Positions 16,143 to 29,830 of a DNA stretch of 64,000 nucleotides are shown here, piece after piece. The number at the start of each line of letters is the position of its first letter. Position 1 is the first letter of the stretch. The position numbers and the translations under genes are program-made. Source of the DNA: Hormiphora californensis (lineage: Eukaryota > Animalia > Ctenophora); the NCBI GenBank assembly GCA_020137815.1, contig CM035355.1:8122001-8186000 (forward strand). Reading direction: 5' to 3'. Below the pieces are notes generated by a model, which saw only the letters and a list, made by a program, of their open reading frames with translations, did not search any database and was not told the origin of the DNA.

Positions 16143-18318
16143 ATGTTTGTGCTACTATCCTCGCTCCTGTTCGGTGTTGTTGTCATGGCAACCCAATACA
16201 CCACTGTCATGGCAACCCAATACAACATTGGGAACCTAGAGCTAGTTAACAAGGCGGGACATGCCCTGGGTAACTCAGTAGGGGTCCTCTTTCTAAACTA
16301 CAAGGACACCTCAGGTGCCAGATTCAGGTCGACAGTCTGTGAGGATGCAGGGTTTGGTACCAATGAGGCGGATCTGCTGTGTCGAGCAGCAGGGTTCCCC
16401 AATGAGGGGTTGCTAGGGACTCTCTCTGAAACGGAGGGGTTGCTAGGGACTCTCTCTGAGGTACCTTCACCACTTACAGGGGGGGGGGGTGACACGTAAC
16501 ACTTTGTAACACTTTGTAACATGTAACGTGCACAAAATATTTTCTGCACATGTTACAAAGTGTTACAAGCGTTACAAAGTGTTACAAAGTGTTACAAAAT
16601 GTTGCAAAATGTTGCAAAATGTTGCAAAAAATGCCCATTTTGTAACATTTTGTAACACTTTGTAACATTTTGTAACACTTTGTAACATTTTGTAACACTT
16701 TGTAACACTTTGTAACACTTTGTAACATGTAACGTGCACAAAAAGTTTTCTGCACATGTTACAAAGTGTTACGTGTCACCCCCCCCTTACAGAGATCTTG
16801 GAAGGGAGTACCAGTATGTTGCTAGGGACTCTCTCTGAAACGGAGGGGTTGCTAGGGACTCTCTCTGAAACGGAGGGGTTGCTAGGGACTCTCTCTGGGG
16901 TACCTTCACCACTTACAAAGATCTTGGAAGGGAGTACCAGTATGTTGCTAGGGACTCTCTCTGAAACGGAGGGGTTGCTAGGGACTCTCTCTGAGGTACC
17001 TTCACCACTTACAAAGATCTTGGAAGGGAGTACCAGTATGTTGCTAGGGACTCTCTCTGAAACGGAGGGGTTGCTAAGGCGGATCTGCTGTGTCAGGCAG
17101 CAGGGTTCCCCAATGGAGGGGTTGCTAGGGACTCTCTCTGAAACGGAGGGGTTGCTAGGGACTCTCTCTGAAACGGAGGGGTTGCTAGGGACTCTCTCTG
17201 AGGTACCTTCACCACTTACAAAGATCTTGGAAGGGAGTACCAGTATGTTGCTAGGGACTCTCTCTGAAACGGAGGGGTTGCTAGGGACTCTCTCTGAGGT
17301 ACCTTCACTACTTACAAAGATCTTGGAAGGGAGTACCAGTATGTTGCTAGGGACTCTCTCTGAAACGGAGGGGTTGCTAGGGACTCTCTCTGAAACGGAG
17401 GGGTTGCTAGGGACTCTCTCTGAGGTACCTTCACCACTTACAAAGATCAATTGGAAGGGAGTACCAGTATGTTGCTAGGGACTCTCTCTGAAACGGAGGG
17501 GTTGCTAGGGACTCTCTCTGAAACGGAGGGGTTGCTAGGGACTCTCTCTGAAACGGAGGGGTTGCTAGGGACTCTCTCTGAGGTACCTTCACCACCTACA
17601 AAGATCTTGGAAGGGAGTACCAGTATGTTGCTAGGGACTCTCTCTGAAACGGAGGGGTTGCTAGGGACTCTCTCTGAAACGGAGGGGTTGCTAGGGACTC
17701 TCTCTGAGGTACCTTCACCACCTACAAAGATCTTGGAAGGGAGTACCAGTATGACAGAAACGCTTGGACCTGGGACATGTATCCTAATCCAGGGGATCTA
17801 ACTATCTCCCACTGCCCCCACAACGGAACTAAATTATCTGAATGTCAGTGTGCTGTTGGGACAAAGACATGTACTAAGGATGATACTGTGGCATTGAAAT
17901 GTAATCCTGTGTGGGAGCTGGAGAAGGTGGAGATGAAGAGGAACATCACGTTGCTAGGGACTCTCTATGGGTTGCCAGGGAACACGGTGGTTAGTGGCAG
18001 CTACGGAACGGTGGTTGTCACAATGAGGAACACTGGTGATGGATCTATCCGGAGTGGTATGGTGTGTTTAGGGAGTTTAGTGACAGTAGAGACTTTCTCT
18101 GCAGGGAGGCTGGATACCCTCTAGGAGCGTACAAGTTCAGTGACAACTATCACGCAGTGGGTGACCGGCTGGCCGAACAGTATATCGGATCGGACTTTGC
18201 CTTTACTGAGATCTACTGTCCGACTGGTGCAAAGGATGTGGCGGAATGTGGGATAGATCCTCCGTTTAGATTCCTAGGGTATTACAGTCAGGGTCTGGTA
18301 CTGTACTGTACTACTTAG
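16143..18318 (+). CDS. Secreted SRCR (scavenger receptor cysteine-rich) domain protein, interrupted by a MITE, minisatellite and two apparent frameshifts (pseudogene or assembly errors)
   Basis: Signal-like MFVLLSSLLFGVVVMA; STVCEDAGFGTNEADLLCRAAGF; CPHNGTKLSECQC...CTKDDTVALKC; second domain GMVC...DFLCREAGY...CPTGAKDVAEC. Both frameshifts fall in G-runs. Confidence 0.6.
16480..16785. mobile_element. Small foldback element with G-run/C-run termini
   Basis: TIR G(n)TGACACGTAACACTTTGTAAC; internal 10-bp repeats; CTTACAG duplicated on both flanks. Confidence 0.75.
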
Positions 18319-19026
18319 AGTAACCATGGAAACACAGGGCAGTAACCATGGAAACACAGGGCAGTAACCATGGGAACACAGGAGAGTAACCATGGAAACA
18401 CAGGGCAGTAACCATGGGAACACAGGAGAGTAACCATGGGAACTCTCAAACACAGGAGAGTAACCATGGAAACTCAGGAGAGTAACCATGGAAACGCAGG
18501 GTCTGGTACTGCAGCTCACCCCACCTGGTAACTGCATGGGAACATAACGTTGTTGAGGGATGTTCCTGACCGTGAACTGTTTAATATCTCTGCTACTGTT
18601 TATTGTAACACTTTTAATTCCTGTGTAAAGCAATAAATTACCTGTAGTATGTTTTGGGATATTAGAAGGGAATGGTAGTTGTGCGACGTTTGATTGATCT
18701 GAATATTGGTAACAGTGGCCGGGTTGCTAGGGACTCTCTCTGGGTTGCCAGGGACTGTGAATGTTGGTAACAGTGGGTTATCTTGAGATCTTGTTGTTGT
18801 ACATGTGAGATCTAAAAGGGATCGGTTTATTACACATCGACAATGAATGAAAAAAGTGAAATATTACAATTAGAGTAACTTGTCAAGTATTTACTGCATT
18901 GATTTATACAAAATCTGAGGGGTAAAATTAACTCAATTATCAAATAGAAAACAAATCAAATATGAAATAAATCAAAAACTGGTTAGGATGGGACTGTTCA
19001 GAATTAAAACTTTCTGCTACTCCTGG

Positions 19027-19768
19027 GAGTTGCTAGGGACTCTCTCTGAAACAGAGGGGTTGCTAGGGACTCTCTCTGAAACGGAGGGGTTGCTAGGGAC
19101 TCTCTCTGAAACAGAGGGGTTGCTAGGGACTCTCACTGAAACGGAGGAGTTGCTAAGGACTCTTTCTGAAACGGAGGAGTTGCTATGGACTCTCTCTGAA
19201 AAGGAGGGGTTGCTAGGACTCTCTCTGAAACGGAGGGGTTGCTAGGGACTTGCTCTGAAACGGAGGGGTTGCTAGGGACTCGCTCTGAAACTGAGGGGTT
19301 GCTAGGGACTCTCTCTGAAACGGAGAGGTTGCTAGGGACTCTCTCTGAAACGGAGGGGTTGCTAGGGACTCTTTCTGAAACGGAGGGGTTGCTAGGGATT
19401 CTCTCTGAAACGGAGAGGCTGCTAGGGACTCGCTCTGAAACTGAGGGGTTGCTAGGGACTCTCTCTGAAACGGAGAGGTTGCTAGGGATTCTCTTTGAAA
19501 TGGAGGGGTTGCTAGGGACTCTCTCTGAAACGGAGGGGTTGCTAGGAACTCTCTCTGAAACGGAGAGGTTGCTAGGGACTCTCTCTGAAACGGAGGGGTT
19601 GCTAGGGACTCTTTCTGAAACGGAGGGGTTGCTAGGGACTCTCTCTGAAACGGAGGGGTTGCTAGGGACTCTCTCTGAAACGGAGGGGTTGCTAGGAACT
19701 CTCCCTGAAACGGAGGGGTTGCTAGGGACTCTCTCTGAAACAGAGGGGTTGCTAGGAACTCTCTCTGA
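19027..19768. repeat. 30-bp coding minisatellite
   Basis: ggggttgctagggactctctctgaaacgga x~24; the same unit occurs at 16405-17710. Confidence 0.95.
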
Positions 19769-22700
19769 TACCACAACAATTGGTGTTGCTGACATTAAAG
19801 TCTTGTCAGCAACTCGATCTGATACTGAAGTTTTGATAGGATTTTTCATTGAAACTGGTTTCTGATTTTCTGAAATATCATCTGCGTATCTGGTCGGAGT
19901 GCTGCTGAATACAGTCTGTACTTGACATGGTGATCCCTGCATCATACTAACAATCTGATCATCTGAATTTGAACTGAGCGCCACTGATTTTGGAAAAGTT
20001 GATACAGGGGTTGTAGATGTAAACTGGCTAGTAGTAGGCGCAGCAAACTGTTTTATTGGGGTTACAGATGTAAACTGTGTGGCAGTAGGTGCAGATGTAA
20101 TCTGGCTAGCAGCAGGTGCAGATGTGAACTGGCTAGCATTAGGTGTAGAAGCAAAATGTTTTATAGTAGCCGGTTCGCAGAACTGCCTTGACACAGGTGG
20201 TTTATCCCCTGATCTACTAACAGCTGGTTCACAATACTGCCTTGAAACAGGTGGTTTAGTTCCGAACATTTCAACTCTACCCACACTGCCTACCCGGGTG
20301 GGTGTGGGTCCCAGCATTTCAACTCTACCCACACTGCCTACCCGGGTAGGCGTAGCCTGACTGATCCTAGTAACCCCAGCCCCTGCCCCCGCAACTGAGA
20401 ACTCCTTCACCACAAGTTCATCCTCTCTAACTCCAGTTGAACGGTTAGAGATCACCAGGGCTGTCTTGATGGGAGCCGTCTCACTCCTCACTCGAACCTG
20501 TTTGGGCCTCCTCCCAAAGTCCTTCAGAGAGATGTTCCTAGTGAACTGTTTGAGGCGCTGCTGAGCACTACTCACCCTACTCATCATCTGGTTACGGAGG
20601 GAGATAGGGGAAGTGAACTGAACTATCTCAACCACCTCAGCAGAGGGGGGAGTAATCCGACTCTCTGCCTTGTGGACTGGTGCTGTACTATCCAACATCA
20701 CCACTGCAGTTTTCTTAAAGGCCGGTTTAGAGTTGGCAGTTTGCCCAAATATACTGAGTTTACACTTCAGTATCCGCCAATATAGGAAGAGAGGGTTACA
20801 GACCGCATTGAGGTAGGCTCCCAGGGGGTAGGATGTGAAGATATGGTTAGCGAGGGCGTTAGTGTTTACTGTCGTTATGGGCGACCAGGGGATTCCGATC
20901 CAGAGAGCGAGCTGAGAGATTATCACCAGATACCAGAGAGCGTAACTAAGGGGAGATGGTTGTTAGGGAGCTGTTGGGGGTAACTGGGTGGTTGTTAGGG
21001 ATAACTGGGTGGTTGTTAGGGGTATCTGGGTTGTTAGGGGTAACTAGGGAGTTATTAGGGATAACTAGGGGGAGATGGGTTGTTAGAGGTAACTAGTAGT
21101 AACTGGGGGTTGTTAGGGGTAACAGGGGAAGAGGGTTGCTAGGGGTAACTAATCAAACCTGACTAAATGAAACGTTGTAACATAAGCCACTGTGTTCACA
21201 GCATAGGTGACTCTCGCTGTATTCTTATTTTTCCTCGTGTCCTTTCTTTTTATCCTCTGTAACCGCACTATCACTATAAACGCAAACCTGAGAGAGGGGG
21301 AGGGGGTTGAATCTTAAAATCACTGAGAGAGATGTTTCGCAAGAAATAAAGGGAGAGGGTTGAATTGTAGGTACGATGGGTAGAAATTCGATAGAAACGG
21401 AGAAAGGGCTACAGTGTTCCTGTAGTAATTAACTGCCTGGGCCAAAAAAAACGTATGGTACGCCGAGCCTCATATCTCCCAAATCTTAACTTCCATCACT
21501 CTGATATTTTGGCACAATATTTGTATGGGTACTCATTCGAGGAATCCGGAGTTTCAGCCCTCTGGATAAAAATTCATTTTTTTCGCCCGAATGAATACTG
21601 AATGAACACCAAAACAGGACCATATTTCGATACCAAAGTTTCACAAATTTGTTTGGCTATCGATTTTCTTTCGAACGCGACCAGTTTGAGCTTAATTGGA
21701 TCACCACAAGAATCACAGTGACCAGTTTACTCAGCCTAGGTTGGGTCATGTGATCCCCATCAAATTATGACGTGTTAGCAAGAGAGCTTACATTCTAACG
21801 GACGCTGTATCGGTAAACCGTCCTAATTAGCAGATGTGATACGTGATACTCGACCGTTACAACTGCTTATTGGCACTTTGTAATGACACTAGCGTCTCAA
21901 TAGGAGTCACATGACCAGACCTAGGGTTAGAAAACTGGCCACTGTGTCTCTTGTGATGGTCCAATTGGGCTAAAATTAGTCGCGTTTGAAAGAAAATCGA
22001 TACCCGAATGCGACTGTGAAATTCCGGTATGAAAAAGCATTCCTGTTTTCAAGTTCATTCAGGATTCATTCCAGTCGGAAAAATGAACTTTGAGATAGAG
22101 AGCTAAAATTCCGGCTAACATCAACATTGATCTAGTGCAATGGCTGTACCAATTTTTAGCGCCTGAAATTACCGATTTCTCGTCAAAACGGGTCAAAAAC
22201 GATTTTCGGTAAAAATGAACAGTTTTATATTGTTTATTTCACCCACTAAACTTGATTCAATTTTAACAAAAATGCAGATTGCCATTTATTATTGTTTACT
22301 CTAATGCATGGCGGTCATTTTTAAGAATAAAATTGAATATAAACAAGAGAAAACCTCGAAAAACCCGAAAAATGAAAAATTGAGTTCATTAATGAATTTT
22401 GAAGATTTAAGAATTGAAACTCCGGATTCCTCGAATGAGTACCCATACAAACATTGTGTCAAACTATCAGAGTGATCGAAGTTAAGATTTGGGAGATATG
22501 AGGCTCGACGTACCATACGTTTTTTTTGGCCCAGGCGGTAGATGACTGTACTGTAATTGACTAATTCCTGTACTAATTAACTAATTGATTCCCCGCAAAC
22601 GTACACTCCTGTGAGAAGAAGGGGCATCAGGAAGGGGACGATAACATAGATACCGTATAGCATCATATTGAGAAACACATCCGACTTGCTGATACCTAGA

Positions 22701-24556
22701 TTCTGAAATGTTACATTATTTAGGACACACGGGGGGGGGGGGGGGGGCGAGACGATCTGTCTCTAATCTCTAATTAATCAACAGATTAACCAACAGATCG
22801 TCACAGGACAAGAGGTTGCACGACCTGTCAGGCCAACGCTCTGACAGTGCACGACCCTATTGAAAACAAAAAGAGACATACATTTACGATTTATCTGTTC
22901 TCTGATTTATCTGTCCTCTAGTCTAACCTTAAAATCCCAAGTGCAGAGAGAGATGAACTTGTGTTGAAACTTGTATACCACCCCGTTCAGATAGGGCGAG
23001 ATGGCACCCAGTAGGGAACTCAACCAGATAACACCCGCGACCACGTGGTATTTGGTTAGAGTCACGTGATTTCTGTGAATCCGGGGGTACACTATTGTCA
23101 GCCACCTGGGGGGTGCAGGGGGGTTAGTAACCACGTGATGCCCATTTATGGTACACTAAATCGAGGGCCACTAAATCGTGGTCCGACTGCAATATGAACC
23201 ACGTACGGTACGTGGTTTTTCACTGATTCTTACTACAAAATTACACGGTCGCTTGTTGTGGGAAAACGGTAATGGAAAACGAAAGATACAGTAAGACGAC
23301 GCGCAACCGTGACCAATCAGGGCGCTAGTACGTGCTGACACATGAACTTTTTACCACGCGTTATACACCGTGTGCGTCTCCTTACTGTATTTTCATTACG
23401 GTAATTTGACTACAAGCAGCACTGTTAGTTTGAATTTACTAAGTTACTAGTTTGAATTTACTAACCGGTTAATTAGTACTCGCTGAGTAGTGAGTACTAC
23501 TCAGTACACTAACCGGTCGAAGGTCAGGAATAGAATGAGTTGAACCGTCACTTTACTGACGACATTATATAGAAAACCAGAGACATTGCAGACGCTAAGG
23601 AGGGAGTAACTCACAGACACTGCCTCTTCCAACTCCTTAGACCTACCCTGGAGGAATGCGTCTGTCATTAAGGTCTGCTGTCAGGCCAATGCTCTGACAG
23701 TTGGTCTGTGAGGAATGTGTCTGTCAGAGAGTATTGGCCCTACGGCAAGATCTGAGGCCAGATCATTGGTCTGCAAGGAATGTGCAATGCGTTTATAGAC
23801 TATGCACATTGTGCATAGTCTATAAACGAGTTTAATTTGAACTTAGATTTAAAATTGATTTGTCCCAATAATTTTAAACCCCCCACCCTTCCATGTCTAA
23901 ACAAAGGACACGTACCCGGTGCCCCTTCCATCTAATTTCTTCTCCTTCTTCTCACCTGTACGTGTGCGTATATGGAGAAAGGAGCACAGAAGTAGCAGAG
24001 AATCAGGTCGCTCACCAACAGGTGGAAATATATATAGAAACTGACGTTGAATCGTCCTTTTCGTAGTTTTATCAGGAACTCATAAAACATCACAAAGTTG
24101 AATAGCGCACTGAAAACCGTGCCTAATCCTGCGAAGAGAGAGGGGGGATCACTCATGTGGTTTCAAGGAATTGATATCTTATCTCTATATCGAGATCTCG
24201 CGATACTCTAGATCTGTATGGCGGCGCTTGCCTGGCTTTTACAAATGTAAAGGGAGGGTTAGAACATAAAAAGGCGGCGCCATACCCCATTTGATTCTCA
24301 GATGGGTCGCGGCGCCAGACAGCTCTAGATTAGATATTACTCAACAAATGTTGCTAATGTAATGCAGGCTCTTATTACTTCACAGTAATACTAATGTCTA
24401 TCTCACCCCTATCTCACCTAGTATAGTGGCAATGGCCATGTCAACTTGAGGCACCGTTTCATGATGCTCCTCTCCCCTTCTGACAAATGGTGGAGACTGG
24501 GTGGTGGGGAGTAACCCGGTAAAGGGTGTCAGAGTCTCAGTAAGCCCGCCAACCAT
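19133..24556 (-). CDS. Class A (rhodopsin-like) GPCR with a long repetitive C-tail
   Basis: Exons ~24417-24556, ~23957-24128 (TM1-2, LLVSDL), 23514-23647 (LTFDR), ~22929-23105, ~22605-22702, ~21159-21287, ~20945-19133 (NAVCNPLFLY); the junctions checked are phase-compatible. Confidence 0.85.
21433..22538. mobile_element. MITE/non-autonomous DNA transposon in a GPCR intron
   Basis: ~130-bp TIR (CTGCCTGGGCCAAAAAAAACGTATGGTACG...) plus an internal imperfect inverted repeat (21600-21760 vs 21905-22060). Confidence 0.8.
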
Positions 24557-24969
24557 ATCACACTACACCCTGTGGACCCTGTGGAGCTGCTGTTGTGGAG
24601 CTGCTGTATACCCTGTAGACCTGCTGTAGACCCAGCTGTGGAGCTGCTGTTGTGGAGCTGCTGTAGACCCAGCTGTGGAGCTGCTGTGGAGCTGCTGTAG
24701 ACACTGTACTATACCCTGTGGAGCTGCTGTTGTGGAGCTATTAAAAGTTGTTAAATGAAGAGTTATAATGTAGCAAATATTTAATAGGTTAAAACAAATT
24801 GCGAACTGACTGGATTCGAGAGAAAATCTTGAAGAATCAGGCATCGCGCTGACAGAGATTCAAATCAAGGTGCCAGTATGATATATAGCGAAACTAAATA
24901 TCTGGCTACTACTTCTACAGTAGTGTTACACTGTGGCAGTGCTGCTGAAAGGTACGAACTTCAACAGTA

Positions 24970-25082
<113 letters not shown>

Positions 25083-26112
25083 TAGTGCTAAAGACAATAA
25101 AGAGAAGGAAGCCAAGAGACTACCACCGTCGCCTAACCTTGTTTCTCAATTGTCTTAAATTCTCAGCGTTATGAGAGGATCATTGTGTAAGTACAACAAA
25201 GAGAAGGACATCTCTGCTCGGTAGACCGTCTACCACAACGTTCCATAATTGTTCTCAATTGCTTCTAGTATCTCCAGTATAGAGAATTAGTCTAGCTATA
25301 CAACCTTACAGCATGCATGAATTTGAACTCGTTTCACCCCGTTTAACCATTAAGATACATAAGATGCAAATGCAGTATGTCCATAAACTGGATTAAAGCC
25401 TAGGATAGCTCCTGTCACTGTCAGGCCAATGCTCTGACCATGACAATTCTCGTGCGAGAATTATAGGGTCAGGCCAATATATTCAGGGGCTCTTATTTTT
25501 TCTGTGCCGTGCCCGGATAAAACCTCAGAAACAACTAGGACGTGTCACTGTGAATGAATACTGGTGAGACTGGGAACACTACATAACCAACCTCAAATGG
25601 AGAGAGAACACTTTTTAAAATAGAGAGAGATGGGAGAAGGAGGAGAGAATAGAAGATAGAAGAGAAAAGGAAAGAAGTGAAAGAAAGAGGAAGAGAAGAG
25701 AAAAATTTTTTAAAAAAAGGGGGTAGGGAAAAAGTGCTTGCCCCCGAAAAGTGCTAATTCTTTGAATTACCATCACTGATACTAAGATGTTGCCCTGGTA
25801 ACAGGAGATGTATTTAGCCCGAGATACCACCTTCTTGTTCCACGTGGTATTGTGGCCACAAACACATGTTCGGTATTGTGGGCACTATTATACAGCTCTA
25901 CAGAATTCTATTTTGGGGATATTACAGCTGCAGGAGATAAACACGGGAACAATATGATGGTGATATCATGATGCAACGCACTCCGAAATGAGAGTCAGCT
26001 GCCAATGTTCTGACAGTGATGGAGAGAGAAAGGGAGCGGGATCAGTGGATTACGGATTCATCTTGTTGAGTAAGGGGGAAGATTCATCAGAAAGAACTGT
26101 CAGGGAGAAACT

Positions 26113-27056
26113 GTCAGAGCATATTGGCCTGACCCGGAGCGGGCGAGAACTGTGGTCACTGAGCATTCGCCTAGCTGACCCGGAGCGGGCGAGAATTGTG
26201 GTCAGAGCATTGGCCTGACCCGGAGCGGGCGAGAACTGTGGTCACTGAGCATTCGCCTAGCTGACCCGGAGCGGGCGAGAATTGTGGTCAGAGCATTGGC
26301 CTGACCCGGAGCGGGCGAGAACTGTGGTCACTGAGCATTGGCCTGACCCGGAGCGGGCGAGAATTGTGGTCAGAGCATTGGCCTGACCCGGAGCGGGCGA
26401 GAACTGTGGTCACTGAGCATTGGCCTGACCCGGAGCGGGCGAGAACTGTGCTCAGTGAGCATTGGCCTGACCCGGAGCGGGCGAGAACTGTGGTCACTGA
26501 GCATTCGCCTAGCTGACCCGGAGCGGGCGAGAATTGTGGTCAGAGCATTGGCCTGACCCGGAGCGGGCGAGAACTGTGGTCACTGAGCATTCGCCTAGCT
26601 GACCCGGAGCGGGCGAGAATTGTGGTCAGAGCATTGGCCTGACCCGGAGCGGGCGAGAACTGTGCTCAGTGAGCATTGGCCTGACCCGGAGCGGGCGAGA
26701 ACTGTGGTCACTGAGCATTGGCCTGACCCGGAGCGGGCGAGAACTGTGCTCAGTGAGCATTGGCCTGACCCGGAGCGGGCGAGAACTGTGGTCAGAGCAT
26801 TGGCCTGACCCGGAGCGGGCGAGAACTGTGGTCACTGAGCATTCGCCTAGCTGACCCGGAGCGGGCGAGAATTGTGGTCAGAGCATTCGCCTGACCCGGA
26901 GCGGGCGAGAATTGTGGTCAGAGCATTCGCCTGAGCCGGAGCGGGCGAGAATTGTGGTCAGAGCATTCGCCTGACCCGGAGCGGGCGAGAATTGTGGTCA
27001 GAGCATTCGCCTGACCCGGAGCGGGCGAGAACTGTGGTCAGAGCATTCGCCTGACA
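26113..27056. repeat. 37-42-bp GC-rich minisatellite
   Basis: gagcattggcctgacccggagcgggcgagaactgtggtca x~24. Confidence 0.95.
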
Positions 27057-27993
27057 GGTAAGGGCCAAGGGGTAAAATGACAGGAAAAAAGGACAGCAAA
27101 CTCCGTTAGCGCATCCTGTAGTGAAACCCTAACCCAGAATCTTTCAAAGAGTCTTTGCAAACCCAAAGCTAAAACACCCAAAGCTAAAACACCCAAACAG
27201 GCGGGACACTTATTCGGGGCCTGGCAAGGCCCCCCGACCCGAAAACAAACCAAACTCAACCCATACCCCTAAAAACAACGGGGCCGAGCCGACAGGCCCT
27301 TAATACCAGATGAAAAAAAACCATAAAACCATAAACCATAAACCATAGATATTTTTAGAGTGAAAGTTTTGAAGCCCCCTGAAGTGGTAGAGGGGTGTTC
27401 TATGGCTCGTTGGAAAGGTCTCGAGGTCCCGCGACGTATAGGGGGTGCGGCGATGGCCATACCCAAACCTATAAGGGGTAGGACGCGAAAAACAGTCAAA
27501 ATAAGGGGTATACAGAACTCGGCAATTAGAAGGAGTAGAAAGGTGTTCTAGGGTGCGTTCGAAAGCTCTCGAGGTCCTGAAGTAATTGGAAGTAATTACA
27601 TGTAATTGAAATGCAATTACATGTAATTAAAGGGTAATTACATGTAATTAAAAGGTCTAAATGACCCCAAATGATAATTTAAACATCTTTGACATATCTG
27701 GAGACCCTGAGACCAGCGGGTGCCCAAATTTAATCCGGTTTCAGGTCGGCTGACGTAAAAACTCCTCGTTTTGGTCGAGATAACGCTAAAAAACTATCAA
27801 AAGATAGGGTGCCACAATTCTAAGACTCTAATTAACTCTAAAACACTAATAAACTCTATTAATTACTGCACTACACGGCCACACACTGTGTGACACATTA
27901 GAGGAAATACATATCAAGCTTGGATAGGCCAGAAAGAAGCCAATAAAATAGTAAGAAACAGCTACAGTCGGACCCCGATTTAGGGACACCCTC

Positions 27994-29830
27994 TAGTTAG
28001 GGGAAGTTAGCTAAAAAAGGGCCGAAACTAGGGAAAAATTTGTAACAAGCTAATTCCTTCACTAATTGGTCCCTATGGGTCCCTAGAATCACCAAAAAAA
28101 AATCACAAAAAATCCGTGATGGCGAAGTTGGGTTTTCGGACCACGCCCTTTTACCTGTATTTTCAGCCTGGAGGGGGGGGGGGACATGTTAATTTTGTTA
28201 ACTTTGTTAATATTAACATCGAGAAAACAGGTGATTTATTAACAAAATTAACAAAAAGTTAACAAACGTTAACAAATGCCATTTATACCATCTAAATCCC
28301 CTTTAGCACGTATTTTTGGTATTTAACACTTGTTCTGCGGGCAAAGTTATACCTTCTGCACGATTTACATACCACTACTACCTCTACTACGGTTTTTCTA
28401 CAGCGATTTGTTCCATTTTGTAAATTTTAATAAAAACTAGCCAAACTAAACCGCAATTGAAGTCAAATGACCCTAATCCACATTTTCCAACCCTAAAAAC
28501 TAAATAAGACTCATGAATTTACTTTAAAACGAAAAATATCCCAAAAATCTATTTTTCTAAAAAAAACACAAGGATTTGTAGCGAAGCAAATTTTCAATCT
28601 TTGACCAAAAAATTGATTTTGGAAAAATTTTATTACTTTTTCCCACAGAAACGTTGTATATAATCTAAATGAGTCCAAAGAATCGATTGCCAATGAAAAA
28701 ATTACGTTAAAGTGAGATTTTATACGCTAAATTGAAATATTTGTAACTTTTGGATTTTTATCGATTTTGAGCCAAAAAACCTGTATGTTGGACTTTGGTT
28801 ATCGGAAAAGACCTTTTTTGGGTATATATGTGTTAGGTAAGTCATTAAACTATAAAATTAAACCAGTTAAAGTCGTATTATCAACAAATAAGAACAGTAT
28901 TTTAGCATTTGTTAATTTTGTTAATTTTGTTAATTAACTTTAATTAACAAAATCGAAAAAAGAGGTGATTTATTAAGAATTAACATGTCCCCCCCCCCCC
29001 CGCCTGGAGCCTAAAACATAACTCCTCTTAGAATAGGAGTAGAGACAAATTTGAGGGCACTCAAGTGATCAGCGCCCTCGCATTAGTGGGGGTAGGTGCT
29101 GGAATTAAGTCTCTATCTCATTTGGTTAATTAGATAATTGGATAATTAGATCTGTGCATAGCCGTTTTTGGCCATACGGCTATAGCCACTTAGGAATGGT
29201 TTAGAGACTTTTTACTGGTGCCATTTTGTAGGCAATGGCCAAGTTATGGGGGGTCGACGTCGGACGTTTAAGCTCTATCTCCAACCGTTTAGCCGTTATT
29301 TGGCTTCAAAAGTGCTCAAAATGAGCAAAAAACAGTAAAAAAACCCGATTATGAGCACTTTTGAAGCCAAATAACGGCTAAACGGTTGGAGATAGAGCTT
29401 AAAAGTCCGACGTCGACCCCCCATAACTTGGCCATTGCCTACAAAATGGCACCAGTAAAAAGTCTCTAAACCATTCCTAAGTGGCTATAGCCGTATGGCC
29501 AAAAACGGCTATGCGCAGATCTAATTATCCAATTATCTAATTAACCAAATGAGATAGAGACTTAATTCTAGCACCTACCCCCACTAATGCGAGGTCGCTG
29601 ATCACTTTAGTGCCCTCAGATTTGTCTCTACTCCTATTCTAAGAGGAGTTATGTTTTAGGCTACAGGCTGAAAATACAGGTAAAAGGGCGTGGTCCGAAA
29701 ACCCAACTTCGCCATCACGGATTTTTTGTGATTTTTTTTTGGTGATTCTAGGGACCCATAGGGACCAATTAGTGAAGGAATTAGCTTGTTACAAATTTTT
29801 CCCTAGTTCAAAGCTAATTTCCCCTAATTA
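27994..29830. mobile_element. Long foldback element nested in the MITE
   Basis: Arms 28027-28170 + 29003-29325 are the inverse of 29352-29808; termini tagttaggggaag / ttcccctaatta. Confidence 0.8.
28173..29001. mobile_element. G-run-terminated element nested in the foldback arm
   Basis: G(n)ACATGTTAATT...AATTAACATGTC(n); GCCTGGAG duplicated on both flanks; the opposite arm lacks the insertion. Confidence 0.8.
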
